The notes beneath the pieces are model-generated. The model was not told the origin of the DNA. It searched no databases and saw only the letters and a list, made by a program, of their open reading frames with translations. Source: Selaginella moellendorffii (Eukaryota > Plantae > Lycopodiophyta). Taken from it: a stretch of DNA of 64,000 nucleotides. The DNA lies in NCBI RefSeq assembly GCF_000143415.4, contig NW_003314363.1:186001-250000 (forward strand), read 5' to 3'. How positions within the stretch are numbered: the stretch's first letter is position 1; every line of letters begins with the position of its first letter. This document shows, piece by piece, positions 1 to 11,353 of the stretch. Both the position numbers and the translations under genes were made by a program.

Positions 1-382
1 ATGGTGATCGACGAGGAGATCCTTTCGAGCCTGGCATGATATCTCTGCTCAAACAGCCAATTGCTGCGATGGATGTGTGGTTGTGGACGCCAATTGGGGT
101 GCGTGAAGAGCAGGAAATCCAGTCGCTTTCGACACTTTCGCTTGCTTTTTATTCCAACTTGTAGTACGCGGATGAGTACGAAATTACGTTTCTACTCAGA
201 TAAGCAAGTTACGGGGTTACAGTTTGAGTATCGTGATTAGAGTTTGATTTTCTTCACAAGGACGAACGATTTACAAAAACCCAGCAGACCCACTAGCCGA
301 TCTACTCGATCTTGGTGCTGCTGGCTTGGATCCATCTCCTGTGGAGTAGAGGGCTTCCTCTAAAACCTATATTAGAGAGCTT

Positions 383-805
383 CTAGTCCCTGTTGTAAAA
401 CTCCACAAGGTCGTGGATCTGCTCGAGCTTCGCGCACACGGGGTCTTTCGTGTCCAGCAGCCATAGAAAATGCTCAAACAAAACAGCCTCGCAGGGAATT
501 TGGAGAGCTCCGCTGTGACGAAATCCATACTCGTCGGCGGCCTTTTGGAGCAAGGCCTTGAAAATGGGATGCGTGAGGTGCTTTGTGCTCACGATGAACC
601 TCTTGCTTCCAGCGTAAGCTGCAAAGAATCCCTTTGGAACATCCGGTGGCGGTTGATTTGTTCTAGAGACGCTTTCTTCGTCACTGTCCAAGTCGCTCAT
701 TTGCCACGAAGGCATCCTTTGCATGCTCGAAACACTTGAGCTCGACCGTGACGAGCTCCCGGGAGATGGAGAGCTTTTGAGAGCAGCTAGAAATTTTTTG
801 TGCAT
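383..805 (-). CDS. SAUR: SAUR (small auxin-up RNA) family protein, intronless
   Basis: SAUR core DVPKGFFAAYAGSKRFIVSTKHLTHPIFKALLQKAADEYGFRHSGALQIPCE. First ATG is at 805; TATA-like TATAAAG on the minus strand at ~906-912. Confidence 0.93.
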   Translation of the reverse strand: MHKKFLAALKSSPSPGSSSRSSSSVSSMQRMPSWQMSDLDSDEESVSRTNQPPPDVPKGFFAAYAGSKRFIVSTKHLTHPIFKALLQKAADEYGFRHSGALQIPCEAVLFEHFLWLLDTKDPVCAKLEQIHDLVEFYNRD

Positions 806-1084
806 GCTACTAGCAAGGAATGATTGACTCAAAGCACACTAGAGAAAGAGAACCGAGGAAAAAAACCGAGAAACTGGGAGTTGTGGCTCCTTGTTCACAA
901 CCAAGCTTTATAGCGTGGGAGATCGAACGTAAAGAACTGGAGAAAAAACTCTTTTTTCTTTCGTTTTCCATTCTTTTTCACTTGATTATTAAAGGGTGGG
1001 CGATGCGTTCCAACTGCTGGAGCTCTCTCCAGGTGGGAAGTGTGGCTCTTTCATTTCAATCGTTGCAGTTATGGTCCTGTGCGT

Positions 1085-2347
1085 TGTCTCGCCTAGTAAC
1101 AGGAACTTGCTGGAAATCCTAGGGACAACTCTCGTGTCACCCAACCTGGGCCTCCTTGTCGGATCCTCAAAAAACTGCTGGTTCTTTTTTCTTTTTACGC
1201 TAGGAAGGTTTGTGTCGCTGCAAAGCGGCTCCGCGATCTATAGACGAGAGCTCATTGGTTTGCTGGGCGATTTCCTTTCCATTCAAGTTGGCGTTTGGCT
1301 TTGAGGAACTAAATCGAATGTCGGTGTTTGCATTAGATGGTAGAGAGATGCATTCACTCAAGAGGCACTGTGCGCGCGCTTTATAAAAGTAATCACAATG
1401 AAGAAAAACCGGCCAAAATACTGGAGAACATGAACCTGATATCAGCGAGTGTCAACTCAAGTCGCAAGGACTGTGCAGGAGGTCTGTATTCAAGCCTCCT
1501 CTTGCTTTTTGCTTCCCTCTTTTTTCTCCAGTGTGTTCCTTTCGCCATTAAGTCGTGCTGTCTAACGTGCAGGGGTTGTGATCCTCCAGCTCCAAGCTCC
1601 AGCGAAGAAGCTGGCCGGACTGGATAGGGAACCTCACTGAATCCGGATAAAACGATTCAAAGCTTGTCATGCAACGTTCCGGACAATCGAAGAACCAAAG
1701 CCAAGCTCCGGCAATTATAAGAATCATTGCACATGAAAGAGATTGGTGGGTAGCCAACACGCTCTGGCCAACTTAACTTGGTAGCTGAATCTTCACACTA
1801 GAGAGAAAAAGGAAAAAAGAGAGGAAGAAACAATGGGGTGGTACAAATTGTACCTCTACACGCTTTGTCCTGGGATCAGAAGCTCATAACTCCAGTGGTT
1901 CCAGCGCGAATGCGACGACGACGACGAGACAACGAGATTAATCGTTCTCCAGAGATGTTGTGAATTAAAATTGCGGTGTTCTTGCTCGGGGAGCTCTCGC
2001 GGGAGCTTCTTTCTTACCGCATTTGCTGTTGTTTTGTTCATCGGGTGGTCATTGCAGGGAGGGGACCGCAAACTTAAGTGTGGCATGTGACTTTGATGAA
2101 AGAGGTGTGCGCGACAGTGAGGTATGATCCAATCTTTTCACGTTGGAGCTCGATTAGAACGGACAGAAGAACTAAAAAAACGATTCTGATCGGTTTTTTT
2201 GCTTGCCAAGAGTTTCTTTTGGCTGGTTGAGGAACAGAACTTGTGGAGGAGAAAAGGAGAGAAATGCTTGTTTACTGGTTGCTTGCATGGGGCGCTACTC
2301 TTGAGGAGCTCTGGGGAGAGGTTTTGTTGCTGCCGAGGTATTGTCTC
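1085..2347. promoter_or_regulatory. Auxin-response elements in the shared SAUR intergenic region
   Basis: TGTCTC at 1085 and 2342, GAGACA at 1926, TGTCGG at 1157 and 1319. These are short motifs that can occur by chance. Confidence 0.45.
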
Positions 2348-3227
2348 CCCCCGAAACAACGCTGACAAATCCAATCAGGAATGTCAAGCTAAAAAAATGG
2401 TTTGTGGAGGAACCAAAAAAAAAATTGATTTTCAAGTTGCGGGGACCATGATCACTAATTTCAGCTGGTACCCTTGCAGGCTTACAGCTGCTGCTGATGA
2501 TAGCTAGGCTAATGGTTCCAGCCGAAAAAAAGGAGAAAAAGAAAAAAGAAAGATTTTTTTTCTTAAAAGATAGAGTACCGGCGGTGTTCCGATCGTCCTT
2601 TCCTTGATCATCGACCTTCGACGGAACAATTAGGTACTAAGTACTGCATTCAATGCTGTTTTTCCTTTCGTTTTCATAGAGCTTTTCTGATTGACTCTGG
2701 AAGTGAGATCTTTGGAAGGTTCATTTTGAGATCTTTGAAAACTTAAGAGCGGGAGGACCACACCGCAAGAAACCAGGACCACCGGATGACAATGCTCAAG
2801 AGCTCCTGGAGGGATTCATCGCGAGCAGAGAGGAAAGCAAGAGATAGATATGTATACTTTATGCAAGCTCAAGGACTGATTTTTTTTTTTCCTTTTGTAT
2901 TTTTTCTGCTCTCACAAAATTGTCATGAATCATGCTGATCTGCATGTCTGGTAGGGAGCACAAGTTGTTCCAGCCGAGTAGTAGATCCCTCCGTCACGAT
3001 CTTCCCCGTCATCTTGACGCGATTTATCTCCGGCGTAGCGGAGAAATGTGATTCTGCGGATCCTGCTATAAAAGTTCAGGGTCTTTGCAGGCTGAAATCA
3101 AGCATCAGCAGTGAGCTTTCTTTTGATCTTCCGCTTTGGAAGCTTTCAGCGTTTTTTTCCATCTCGCGAAAGAAAGATCAAGAAGAAAGAAAAGTTTCTC
3201 CACTTTGAAACGAGAAAAGTTTTGGCA

Positions 3228-3629
3228 ATGGCAAGACTTGTATCGATCCTCAGAAAGGCGCTCTCATCGAGCAAGCTACCAAGGAGCTACAGCAGCAATG
3301 GCTCCTCGAGCGGATTCTCCAGCGACAGTAGCAGTGACTGCGAAGGCAGCCTCAACTTTGCTCCTCCAAATGTCCCGCAGGGAAGCTTTGCAGTGTATGC
3401 CGGCGAGGAGAGGCGCCGGTTCTTGGTTAGAATGGAGCACCTCAATCACCCCCTCTTCAGAGCGCTCCTGGAGAAAGCTGCCGAGGAGTACGGCTTTGAT
3501 CATGCGGGAGCTCTCAGCATTCCGTGCGAGGCTGTTCTGTTCGAGCACGTACTTTGGCTGCTCAACAACAATGACGCTCAAGCCAGGCAGCTGGAGCTCG
3601 ACGAGCTTCTCCAATTCTACTCGTCTTGA
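3228..3629 (+). CDS. SAUR: SAUR family protein, intronless, divergent from the first SAUR
   Basis: NVPQGSFAVYAGEERRRFLVRMEHLNHPLFRALLEKAAEEYGFDHAGALSIPCE. ATG at 3228; TATAAAA at 3067-3073. Confidence 0.95.
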   Translation: MARLVSILRKALSSSKLPRSYSSNGSSSGFSSDSSSDCEGSLNFAPPNVPQGSFAVYAGEERRRFLVRMEHLNHPLFRALLEKAAEEYGFDHAGALSIPCEAVLFEHVLWLLNNNDAQARQLELDELLQFYSS

Positions 3630-3951
3630 TCATCATCGATCGAAAGGGAGAAAAATCAGAAAAGTGGAAGAGTTTAGAAGGGCGAGCTTGTCGGTCGATC
3701 TGATTCAAAGCTTGTTTGGATCGATCGATTCTCGCGGAGGAGTTCTTCTCCTTTTTTTTCGATTAAAATTTAGTTAGCTAGTTCATCTTCTTCGTCTCCT
3801 TCTAGACAGTGACAAGTTCTTCGTCTAGATCCTGCTGACGTACAAAGTTTGGCCTCCGGGTAAATTCCGGATAGATTCCTTGTAATATGGGGACGAAAGG
3901 AGATCCAACGGTGCATTTCCATCGATTCTTATTTTAGGGCAGTGTTGCGCG

Positions 3952-5869
3952 ATGATACGCGTCGCGGATGGAGCAGCGGGAGCGCCGCCTCCGCCGCTCG
4001 ACTACGCGCAGCTCTTCTCCTTCCAGATCGCATTTCGCGACGGCGGCAGCGGCGGCGGCAAGGTGAGAAGGAGATTGTCACGCGATTGATTGCAATGATC
4101 GCTGCGAGATGAAACGATCTGGTATTGCAGGAGTGGGAGAAGGCGATCTTGGAAGTAAATTTTGCTGTGCGTACATTCATCTTGCTGGATAGGGAGCGCG
4201 TCGTCGTGGTTGGTTCTTTTCTTCTCCGTGCTCTTTTCACTGGAGATTTTTTGGTCTGAGCGAACACACTTATCATTTCAGACCTTTGCAGGCACGGCCG
4301 TTTGACTCGTACACGCGATGCGCGTTCGATAAAGATGTCGAGGATCCTTTCGTGTCGCTTTTCTTTGGGTTAGTCCATGCAAACATCAGATTTCTTTGGT
4401 TTTGTTGGTGTTAGTGGCGAATCTTAAAATCGCCCAGCTTGGCAGTTTACTTGAGTTAGAGCTCAACGTCCAGAACAGCGCCGAGAAGGAATGCATGCTA
4501 CATCTTCTGCAGGTATCAATGCAGCAAATAAACTTTAGCGTCACTTACCGGGCTTTTGCAGTGTATCGCGAAAAATATGACTGCAGTAGAGGCTGTGCGT
4601 CAAGGCATTGGTATTGTCGGCCTGGTAAAGAGACTTGGAGAAAATGAAATTCCTCTCGTAAGCGTGTCGTACTTCTCGCAGGACAAAAGGATACTCAAAT
4701 ATGGAATCATTTTGCGCAAAGCAAAAGCTAAGCGGAGGAGGACAGAACGCTTTCTGGTGGTTGTACCTGGAAAGCTTCTTATGTTTGCCGTAAGTGGTTG
4801 CTTCAGGCGCGAAGGATTTCTTTAACATGGCACGTATTTGCAGGGAACAAACATACTTGGTCGACATGTGCGATCTGTGACCTCTCTTTTCCGCGCGAAC
4901 GTCAAGGTAAGAGGCACGCCTAGACTGTTTGCTCTTTACTCACTCAATTTTTGTTCGTGATGACCCAGATGTCATTTAATCAGCTGGAGTTTCAAATCAT
5001 AGCACATCACTCTAAGGAGGTACGCGCAATGCGCTGCAACTTTAAAAATCTAATGTTATTCTTTTGAACAGAAAGAGATGAGTTCCTGGATAACGGCTCT
5101 TGAGGAGTCAATCCAGCGTGCTGATCAAGTACGTAGAGCAACATGCATAAAGCCGGAAGTAGAAAGCAGCAAAACATTGTCCGTGTCCGAGGAGGAAGAT
5201 CGTAAACGAGCACGAAGGCCGCTCCGTCCGCGTTATAGTGATCAACTCACGGGGACTTCTAACGAGACACAGGGCCTCGACGAACCACGAGTTTCAGTCC
5301 GTCAGTTCGAGGATGAAGGAAGAACAGGCTATTGGCGTCGCTGTGACAACGCCTTTGAAGAGGGCCACAGAAGAGTATCACTTTCCAGAGAACGCTTGAA
5401 AGCGGCAATTGAAGACATGTCAGATATGATCAGTCGACTGAACGTTAGAAAACGGCAAAGCTTTCCTCAGCCCTGTCTACCTGAGAATTATGTCAGACTA
5501 TCGGAGGCCTATCGTCATCGCGAACACCGTCCAAGACGGCAGCAGCAAACAGACTCTTCGTCGGAGAATTTCTACACAAATGCTGTTTGCAGAGCTGCTG
5601 AGGAATCCAGGTTTAGAGGAATCTGCAACAGCAGCAGTAGGCACCGACGCAGAAGAAGGAAAGAACCCGAGAGATACTATAGAAACTGCTGGGATGATCC
5701 TGTTGCCGGTGGTGCGGTTGCTCGACTCGACAACGATGGCAGCCTTGGAAACAGGAACAATATTGAAGCGTTCAGGGAGTCGTGGAAACAGCAACCGGCA
5801 TCATCAATGATCGAACTCCCGGAGCGGAGGAGAAGCTTGGCTCCTTTCATCTCGAGGAAAGTCTATTAG
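3952..5869 (+). CDS. Multi-exon PH-domain-containing protein with a low-complexity C-terminus; 5' exon structure uncertain
   Basis: Exons read ILKYGIILRKAKAKRRRTERFLVVVPGKLLMF (PH beta1-3 pattern) and EMSSWITALEESIQR (PH C-terminal Trp helix). GT..AG short introns; long last exon ends at 5869. Confidence 0.6.
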
Positions 5870-6112
5870 CACTCGTATTTTTTTCGGGGGGTACAGGACC
5901 AGCACTGTAAAGGGCGTCATCAATAAACTGGATCAATTGGGAAAAGTCCAAGCGAACGAGTCCAAAGTGTGAAGCTGCTACTGAAGTTTCGTTGAAGCAA
6001 CAGGCTCAGATCCGGAAAAAAGCTTTTTTCTATCACGTCAATTCGGAGTCGACTTTCGGAAGTATATAAATCGCTGGGATGGGGAGGGTGCTGGGTCTAG
6101 TTTTGTGGCTTA

Positions 6113-7343
6113 ATGGCGAGCACAGGCAACAGAGCTATACTACACAAGGTTGATCCAAATTATACGGGGATTGGAAAACTGGAACTGGCTAGCAGGCCGA
6201 TTCCCGAGGCGCTCCCAGGCAAGGTTGTTATCCACCTTCTTTTGAGGCCCATCAATTCGACGGATCTTACCTCCCCTCTAAGTCGCCATGGCCGTCCTGT
6301 TTCCACACCAGGCTCGGAAGGATACGGGATAGTTCATGCTGTAAGTTCGCGAACAATATTTGCTGTTTTTTTTTGCTGACTTTGAGAGCTTCCAGATTGG
6401 AGATGGCGTTACCAAAGTGAAGCCGGGGCAGAGGGTGGTGCCGTTTGTATGGGAGTCAGCGATTGAGAGCGGTGATGGTTCGTGGCAAGAGTATGTTTGT
6501 GTGAGAGAAAGCATGCTCACTTTGGTGCCGGACTCCGTCTCCAACGAGGTGGCAGCACAGTTTGTCCTGAATCCGTGGACTGCTGTTGGTTTGATGAGAG
6601 ACCTTCATGTCCCCGAGGGCGATTTTATGCTGCAAACAGCTGCCGGTTCCATGCTTGGAAGGTAAAGTCTTGAAAGTTCTTCTAGTTTTCCTAACTTATC
6701 TCTTTGCTTACAGGCTTGTGATCCAGCTAGCCAAGCACAAGGGGATCAAGATAATCAATGTTGTCCGACGGGAAGAGCAGAAAGAAGAGCTCAAGGCACT
6801 CGGGGCCGACGAAGTGATTTGTTCTACAACCGAAGGTAATCTCTTGTCATCCGTTTGCATTCTTCTAGATTTATACGTGTTTGTTTTGACAGATGTTGTT
6901 GCGAGAGTCAAGGAGATTACAAGTAATAAGCTCGTGTATGGAGCTTTGGACTGCGTTGGTGGAGGCATGACCAAGGTACTTTCTTTCTCCCTTTCTTACT
7001 GGGCATTCAAGTAAATGTGTACTTCTGGTTTTAGATTGTGACAGGATGCGTGAGAAGAAAGGGAACGGTGTTTCTGTATGGCGTTCTCTCCGGCACGGAA
7101 GCCACCATAAACATCTATGATCTGCTCCGGCAAGTGAAGATCAAAGGCTGGCTCGTGATGAATTACTGGGACTCTGTGGAGCACAGAGACGCTTTCATCA
7201 GCGAGGCGTGGAGGCTTTTCGAAGCGAAGGTCTTTCAGCTCTCGCCGTGCAAGAGATTCGAGCTCTCGGACGTCGAGGAGGCCCTCAAAGACGTGGGAAA
7301 AGGCGGTGGAGGTACCAAAGTACTTCTAGAAACCAAACTTTGA
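6113..7343 (+). CDS. Medium-chain dehydrogenase/reductase, ETR-like (2-enoyl thioester / quinone reductase type), about 5 exons
   Basis: RPINSTDL, PGSEGYG, GSWQEY, FVLNPWTA, QTAAGSMLG (nucleotide-binding), NVVRR and LGADEVI motifs across spliced exons. Confidence 0.88.
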
Positions 7344-7465
7344 GAAAACGTTTTGCTCGTATGATCTGTGCCTTGGAATAAGGAATTTTTCACTGTTGTG
7401 TGTTCTAAAGCTGTGTATTAACAAGAGATAGTGTGCATGGAGAAAGGTGGTCAAAGAAACACAGA

Positions 7466-9460
7466 CTATTTGTCTAGTGCCACAGAGTTCGCAAGGAGGA
7501 TATAGCCAGCGGCATCCGCAGGACTGCCGCCACCGTCAAATATCGATTTTGCTTCTTTGTGGCTGCCACAGGCTCCCAAGAGGCACGACCGATCCAGCGA
7601 ATCGGGCTCGAACGGCATCGTCTCGGCGAGCTCCCGGGCATCCACAACGTATCCCCCGCGCGCCAGGAGATCGATCGCGCAGCTAAAGTGCTGCTTCGTG
7701 GGACGCTGCTGGAAATCTCGATGGATCGAAACAAATGCAGCGCGCCCTCGGTGTAACTCGCCCGCATGGATGCACGCCCTCAGCATCGTCACGAAGGAGA
7801 CATCGTTCGGAGACACTGCCTCGAGTACCATTGCGTGGAAGAGATGTAAGGCCTCGTGTGGCCTCTCGTTGTGCCCATACGCTGCCATGAGCGCGTTCCA
7901 CGATACCACGCTGGGCTCCTCGATGCCATCAAAGATCCTCCTGGCATCTTGCAGATGCCCGTGCTGGGCATATGCCGAGAGCATTGCATTCCGCGTCACA
8001 GAGTTTCTTTCGTCCATTGCGTGAAAAAGATACCACGCATCTTCAAGCTGGCCAGCTTGTGCCACGGCGGACACAACAATCGTCCAGGTGACTAGATTCC
8101 GTTCCTCCATTGTGCTAAAGATCCTCTTTGCCTCGCCAAGATGCCCTTTAGAGGCAAAGGCTGTGATCATTGCATTGATGGCGACGAGATCCCAGCGCGC
8201 CATTCGATCAAACATTGACTTCGCCTCTTCCACCCAACCAATTGACGCAAATCCACCCAGAAGCGTTGTCCACGAGACGAGATTCCTCTCTGGCATTCGA
8301 TCGAACAGCTCACGGGCCTCCCGGATTTGCCCGCTCTGGGCATACCCGCTAAGCATTGCGTTCCATGAGATAAGATCCCGCTTCTGGAAAGAGAATTCGA
8401 AGAGGTCCCTGGCTGAGTCCAGCATCCCTTCCTGGGAGAACGCCGCAAGCATTGCATTGCAGGCGATCAAGCTCCGCTCCTTCATCTCGCAAAACAAGGC
8501 TTGGGCCTCTCTAATCTGTCTGTTTTGAGTGTAGGCGACAAGCATCGCCGTCCAGGAGAGAACATCCCTCTCAGGCATCGCATCAAAGAGAGATCTCGAC
8601 TGCGATACTTGTCCGGCATGAGCATAAGCAGAGATCATCGAGTTCCAGCACGCCAGATCCCGCTGCTGGGCGGAATCAAAGAGCCTCTTGGCATCGCTCA
8701 CGCATCCGGCATTAGCGTAGGCGGATTGGAGCGCCGTATTGCAGTGGAGATCCCATTCGGGCATCGTGTCAAAGAGGTTCTTGGCATCCAGCAGATGCCC
8801 AAGCTGGGCATATGCCGTAAGCATCGAGTTCCACGTCACGAGATTCCTTTCGGCCATGGAATCAAACACCCGCTTGGAATCCTGCAATCTGCCGTTTTTG
8901 GCAAATCCCCCCAATAATGCATTCCACGTTACAAGGTTTTGTTCTGGCATCTTGTAAGAAAACTCTTTCATCTTATGTATTTGCCCGTTTTGAGCATATG
9001 CAGTCAGCATGGCATTCCAGGTCACTATGTCTCTCTCGCGCATTTCAGAGAATACTTGCAATGATTCTCTAAGATTTCCTTCTTGGGCATATGCGACTAG
9101 CATGGTCGTCCACGTCACCAGATCCAGTTGAGGCATCCTATTGTACACCTGCGCTGCGTCTTCAATATGCCCGTTTTGGGCATATGCTCTTAGCATGGAA
9201 ACCCACGAGTAGATTGTCCTGGAGGGCATGGCATCAAACACTTGGCGGGCTTGCTTGACGCCCCCAAATCTCCCGTAGAGTTGGATCAGTGTGTTCGAGA
9301 GCCTCGTGTCGTGGGCGAAGAAATCCAGCTCCTTGAGCTGGGTGTGAGCCTCTCTCGTCATCGCCAGGCTCTTGCAAGATGCCAGGAGCTGGATGCAATG
9401 GTCGCGTTCTTGGAGCATGGCGGCAAATTGCGGGGCTTCCATTCCTAAATCTTTGTACAT
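7466..9460 (-). CDS. PLS-class pentatricopeptide repeat protein (many 31-aa short motifs) with a truncated E domain and no DYW
   Basis: Repeated xxVTWNAMLxAYAQxGxxxxAxxxFDxMPERN units; C-terminal HFSCAIDLLARGG...LLGAC...GYILLAN. Typical organellar RNA-editing factor. Confidence 0.95.
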   Translation of the reverse strand: MYKDLGMEAPQFAAMLQERDHCIQLLASCKSLAMTREAHTQLKELDFFAHDTRLSNTLIQLYGRFGGVKQARQVFDAMPSRTIYSWVSMLRAYAQNGHIEDAAQVYNRMPQLDLVTWTTMLVAYAQEGNLRESLQVFSEMRERDIVTWNAMLTAYAQNGQIHKMKEFSYKMPEQNLVTWNALLGGFAKNGRLQDSKRVFDSMAERNLVTWNSMLTAYAQLGHLLDAKNLFDTMPEWDLHCNTALQSAYANAGCVSDAKRLFDSAQQRDLACWNSMISAYAHAGQVSQSRSLFDAMPERDVLSWTAMLVAYTQNRQIREAQALFCEMKERSLIACNAMLAAFSQEGMLDSARDLFEFSFQKRDLISWNAMLSGYAQSGQIREARELFDRMPERNLVSWTTLLGGFASIGWVEEAKSMFDRMARWDLVAINAMITAFASKGHLGEAKRIFSTMEERNLVTWTIVVSAVAQAGQLEDAWYLFHAMDERNSVTRNAMLSAYAQHGHLQDARRIFDGIEEPSVVSWNALMAAYGHNERPHEALHLFHAMVLEAVSPNDVSFVTMLRACIHAGELHRGRAAFVSIHRDFQQRPTKQHFSCAIDLLARGGYVVDARELAETMPFEPDSLDRSCLLGACGSHKEAKSIFDGGGSPADAAGYILLANSVALDK

Positions 9461-9741
9461 TTCATGACTCGAGAGACTCGCTCACTCAAGGCTTGGTTCT
9501 CTTGGTCCAGCCGATCCATGCGCTCCTCGAGGCATTGATTCACTTCCTCGAGGCGAGAGACGCTGTGCTGGAGGCTCTCGCAGCCCTGTTCAATCTGTTC
9601 AATATGCATCTCCAAGTAGCCATTCCTTTCCTCCAGCAGTGCAATGCACTCCTCTACAGCCTGATTCTCCTGCTTTACCTGTGAGAGGCGCTCGTTCATC
9701 TCCTCCTCCAGTTGGGTGACGTACTCCTCTAGCATCCTCAT
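9445..9741 (-). CDS. Short heptad coiled-coil ORF overlapping the PPR start; possibly a frameshifted N-terminal extension
   Basis: 98-aa E/Q/L-rich heptads (LEEYVTQLEEEMNERLSQVKQENQAVEECIALLEERN); ends 16 nt inside the PPR ORF. Confidence 0.4.
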   Translation of the reverse strand: MRMLEEYVTQLEEEMNERLSQVKQENQAVEECIALLEERNGYLEMHIEQIEQGCESLQHSVSRLEEVNQCLEERMDRLDQENQALSERVSRVMKCTKI

Positions 9742-9799
9742 TAGAATTAACGGAAAATTCCAAGCCTCTCATATTTGCAAATGCAAAAAAAAAATCCCC

Positions 9800-11150
9800 T
9801 GGCATTTCAAAGAATAGTCTATTTTAATTGGGCTAAGTGAATGTTGCTTGATCACAGGTATAGTGAAAATGTAACTATTGCTTGGCATGTTGAGTTTGTA
9901 ATCCGTTTAGAGAGGAAATAATACACAATTCAATGCAAAGGAGAAATAAGTTTATAAACTCTATACTTCTTTTATTGACAAAAGCCCATTAAAACCTTTG
10001 TGAATAGCTATTAGTGTGGTGGGATGGAACATTTAATGAAGCATTGATGAATGTAGAGAATGAGGGATGAATTAAATTAGTTTCAAAAGGCATGATAGTT
10101 GAAATGCATTGTGAGCATAGTGTTTCTATATCCTATTACCAAGGTTTGAAAAGGAAATGAGAAAGTTATAATAGAAATTCATGGAAATCATGATGTAGCT
10201 TATGCAAAGCTATTTGTGTATGGAAATTTATTTATTTCAAACAATCGTTAAAGTTTTGCCTTCAAAAGTCTATTTCTCTCCTATAATGTTTGTTTTACAA
10301 GTATTGTGCATTATAGGGTTTTGATCTGTTTTAATAGGATGTATTTGAAGTTATGATACATAATAATTAATAACTAATGTTAATGCTAAATGCTCATTAT
10401 TCTCTCTTGTATTTAATGTGACTGATGTTAAAAAAATGATAATTGGATTTGTTTCTTTAAACATTTGAAAATGTTGATTGAAATTAAACATCAAAATGTT
10501 ACACTTTACAAATTCCTCTTTAATTTATGTTCAATTGATATTTGATAATCCATATAATGGATTTTGTATGAGGCATTTTCTAATAATTTTTACAAAGTGT
10601 TTAAAATATGCCACACGTTCACTCCTTCAAACTTTGATGTAGCTGTGGTAGAAATGTATGATAAGAATCTATATATTTAACAAGTAATATTTCAAAGTGT
10701 TTGAATGTATTTGCCTATCCTTGCAATATTTGAGCACATTTGACACAAAATAACTAATCATTTTATTGAGTGCTGATTGAAAAGTGATGAGACATACAAA
10801 GTACAGAAAAGCTTATTTATAATGCAATTTCACAAATTTGCTACTATATTGTTATTTTCTCAAACCTTACTCTATTTGAGATACAAACACAAGAGCATAC
10901 TCATTACTTATGCTTTGGATGGCAAACAATTAGATTGCCTTCTACTCATGCAGCTGTTTAGAAGAAAGAGCATGTACAAGTTTATGTTAACATATGTTAT
11001 TTGCTTGATTCTTGTCACAAAACATATATTTTATTCTATAGACATTAAGCATTTAAAAATGGATGGTATGTTATTACTAAAAACTTGCAAACTTCCATGG
11101 TTTAATTTTAGCCTGTTTTTCTTGCTATTGTCTTCACCAAAGAGTAGCAT
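9800..11150. mobile_element. AT-rich degenerate sequence, probable transposon relic
   Basis: Abrupt drop in GC and near absence of CpG compared with flanking genes; only decayed ORFs; family not identifiable. Confidence 0.4.
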
Positions 11151-11353
11151 CTATACAAATAGATTTCCAGGAGCATACCTCGTCCAGTTTCATCACAAAG
11201 GTGGAAATCTCAACCAGGAAAACGAAAAGGCTCGTGCCTCACGTCGTCCACTGAGAACCGTGCCCTGGAGAAGCCAGGAGAGATGACTCAGAATCACTGG
11301 TCTTCGCATCAGTCATCCTGGTCAAACTCACCTCCGTCAGTCCACTTCATCAT

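Noticed and set aside
1-39. MVIDEEILSSLA-stop at the window start
   Set aside because: It may be the tail of an upstream gene but is too short to support a call.
10777-11286. 169-aa plus-strand ORF in the AT-rich block
   Set aside because: Non-ATG start, composition typical of decayed AT-rich DNA and no motif.
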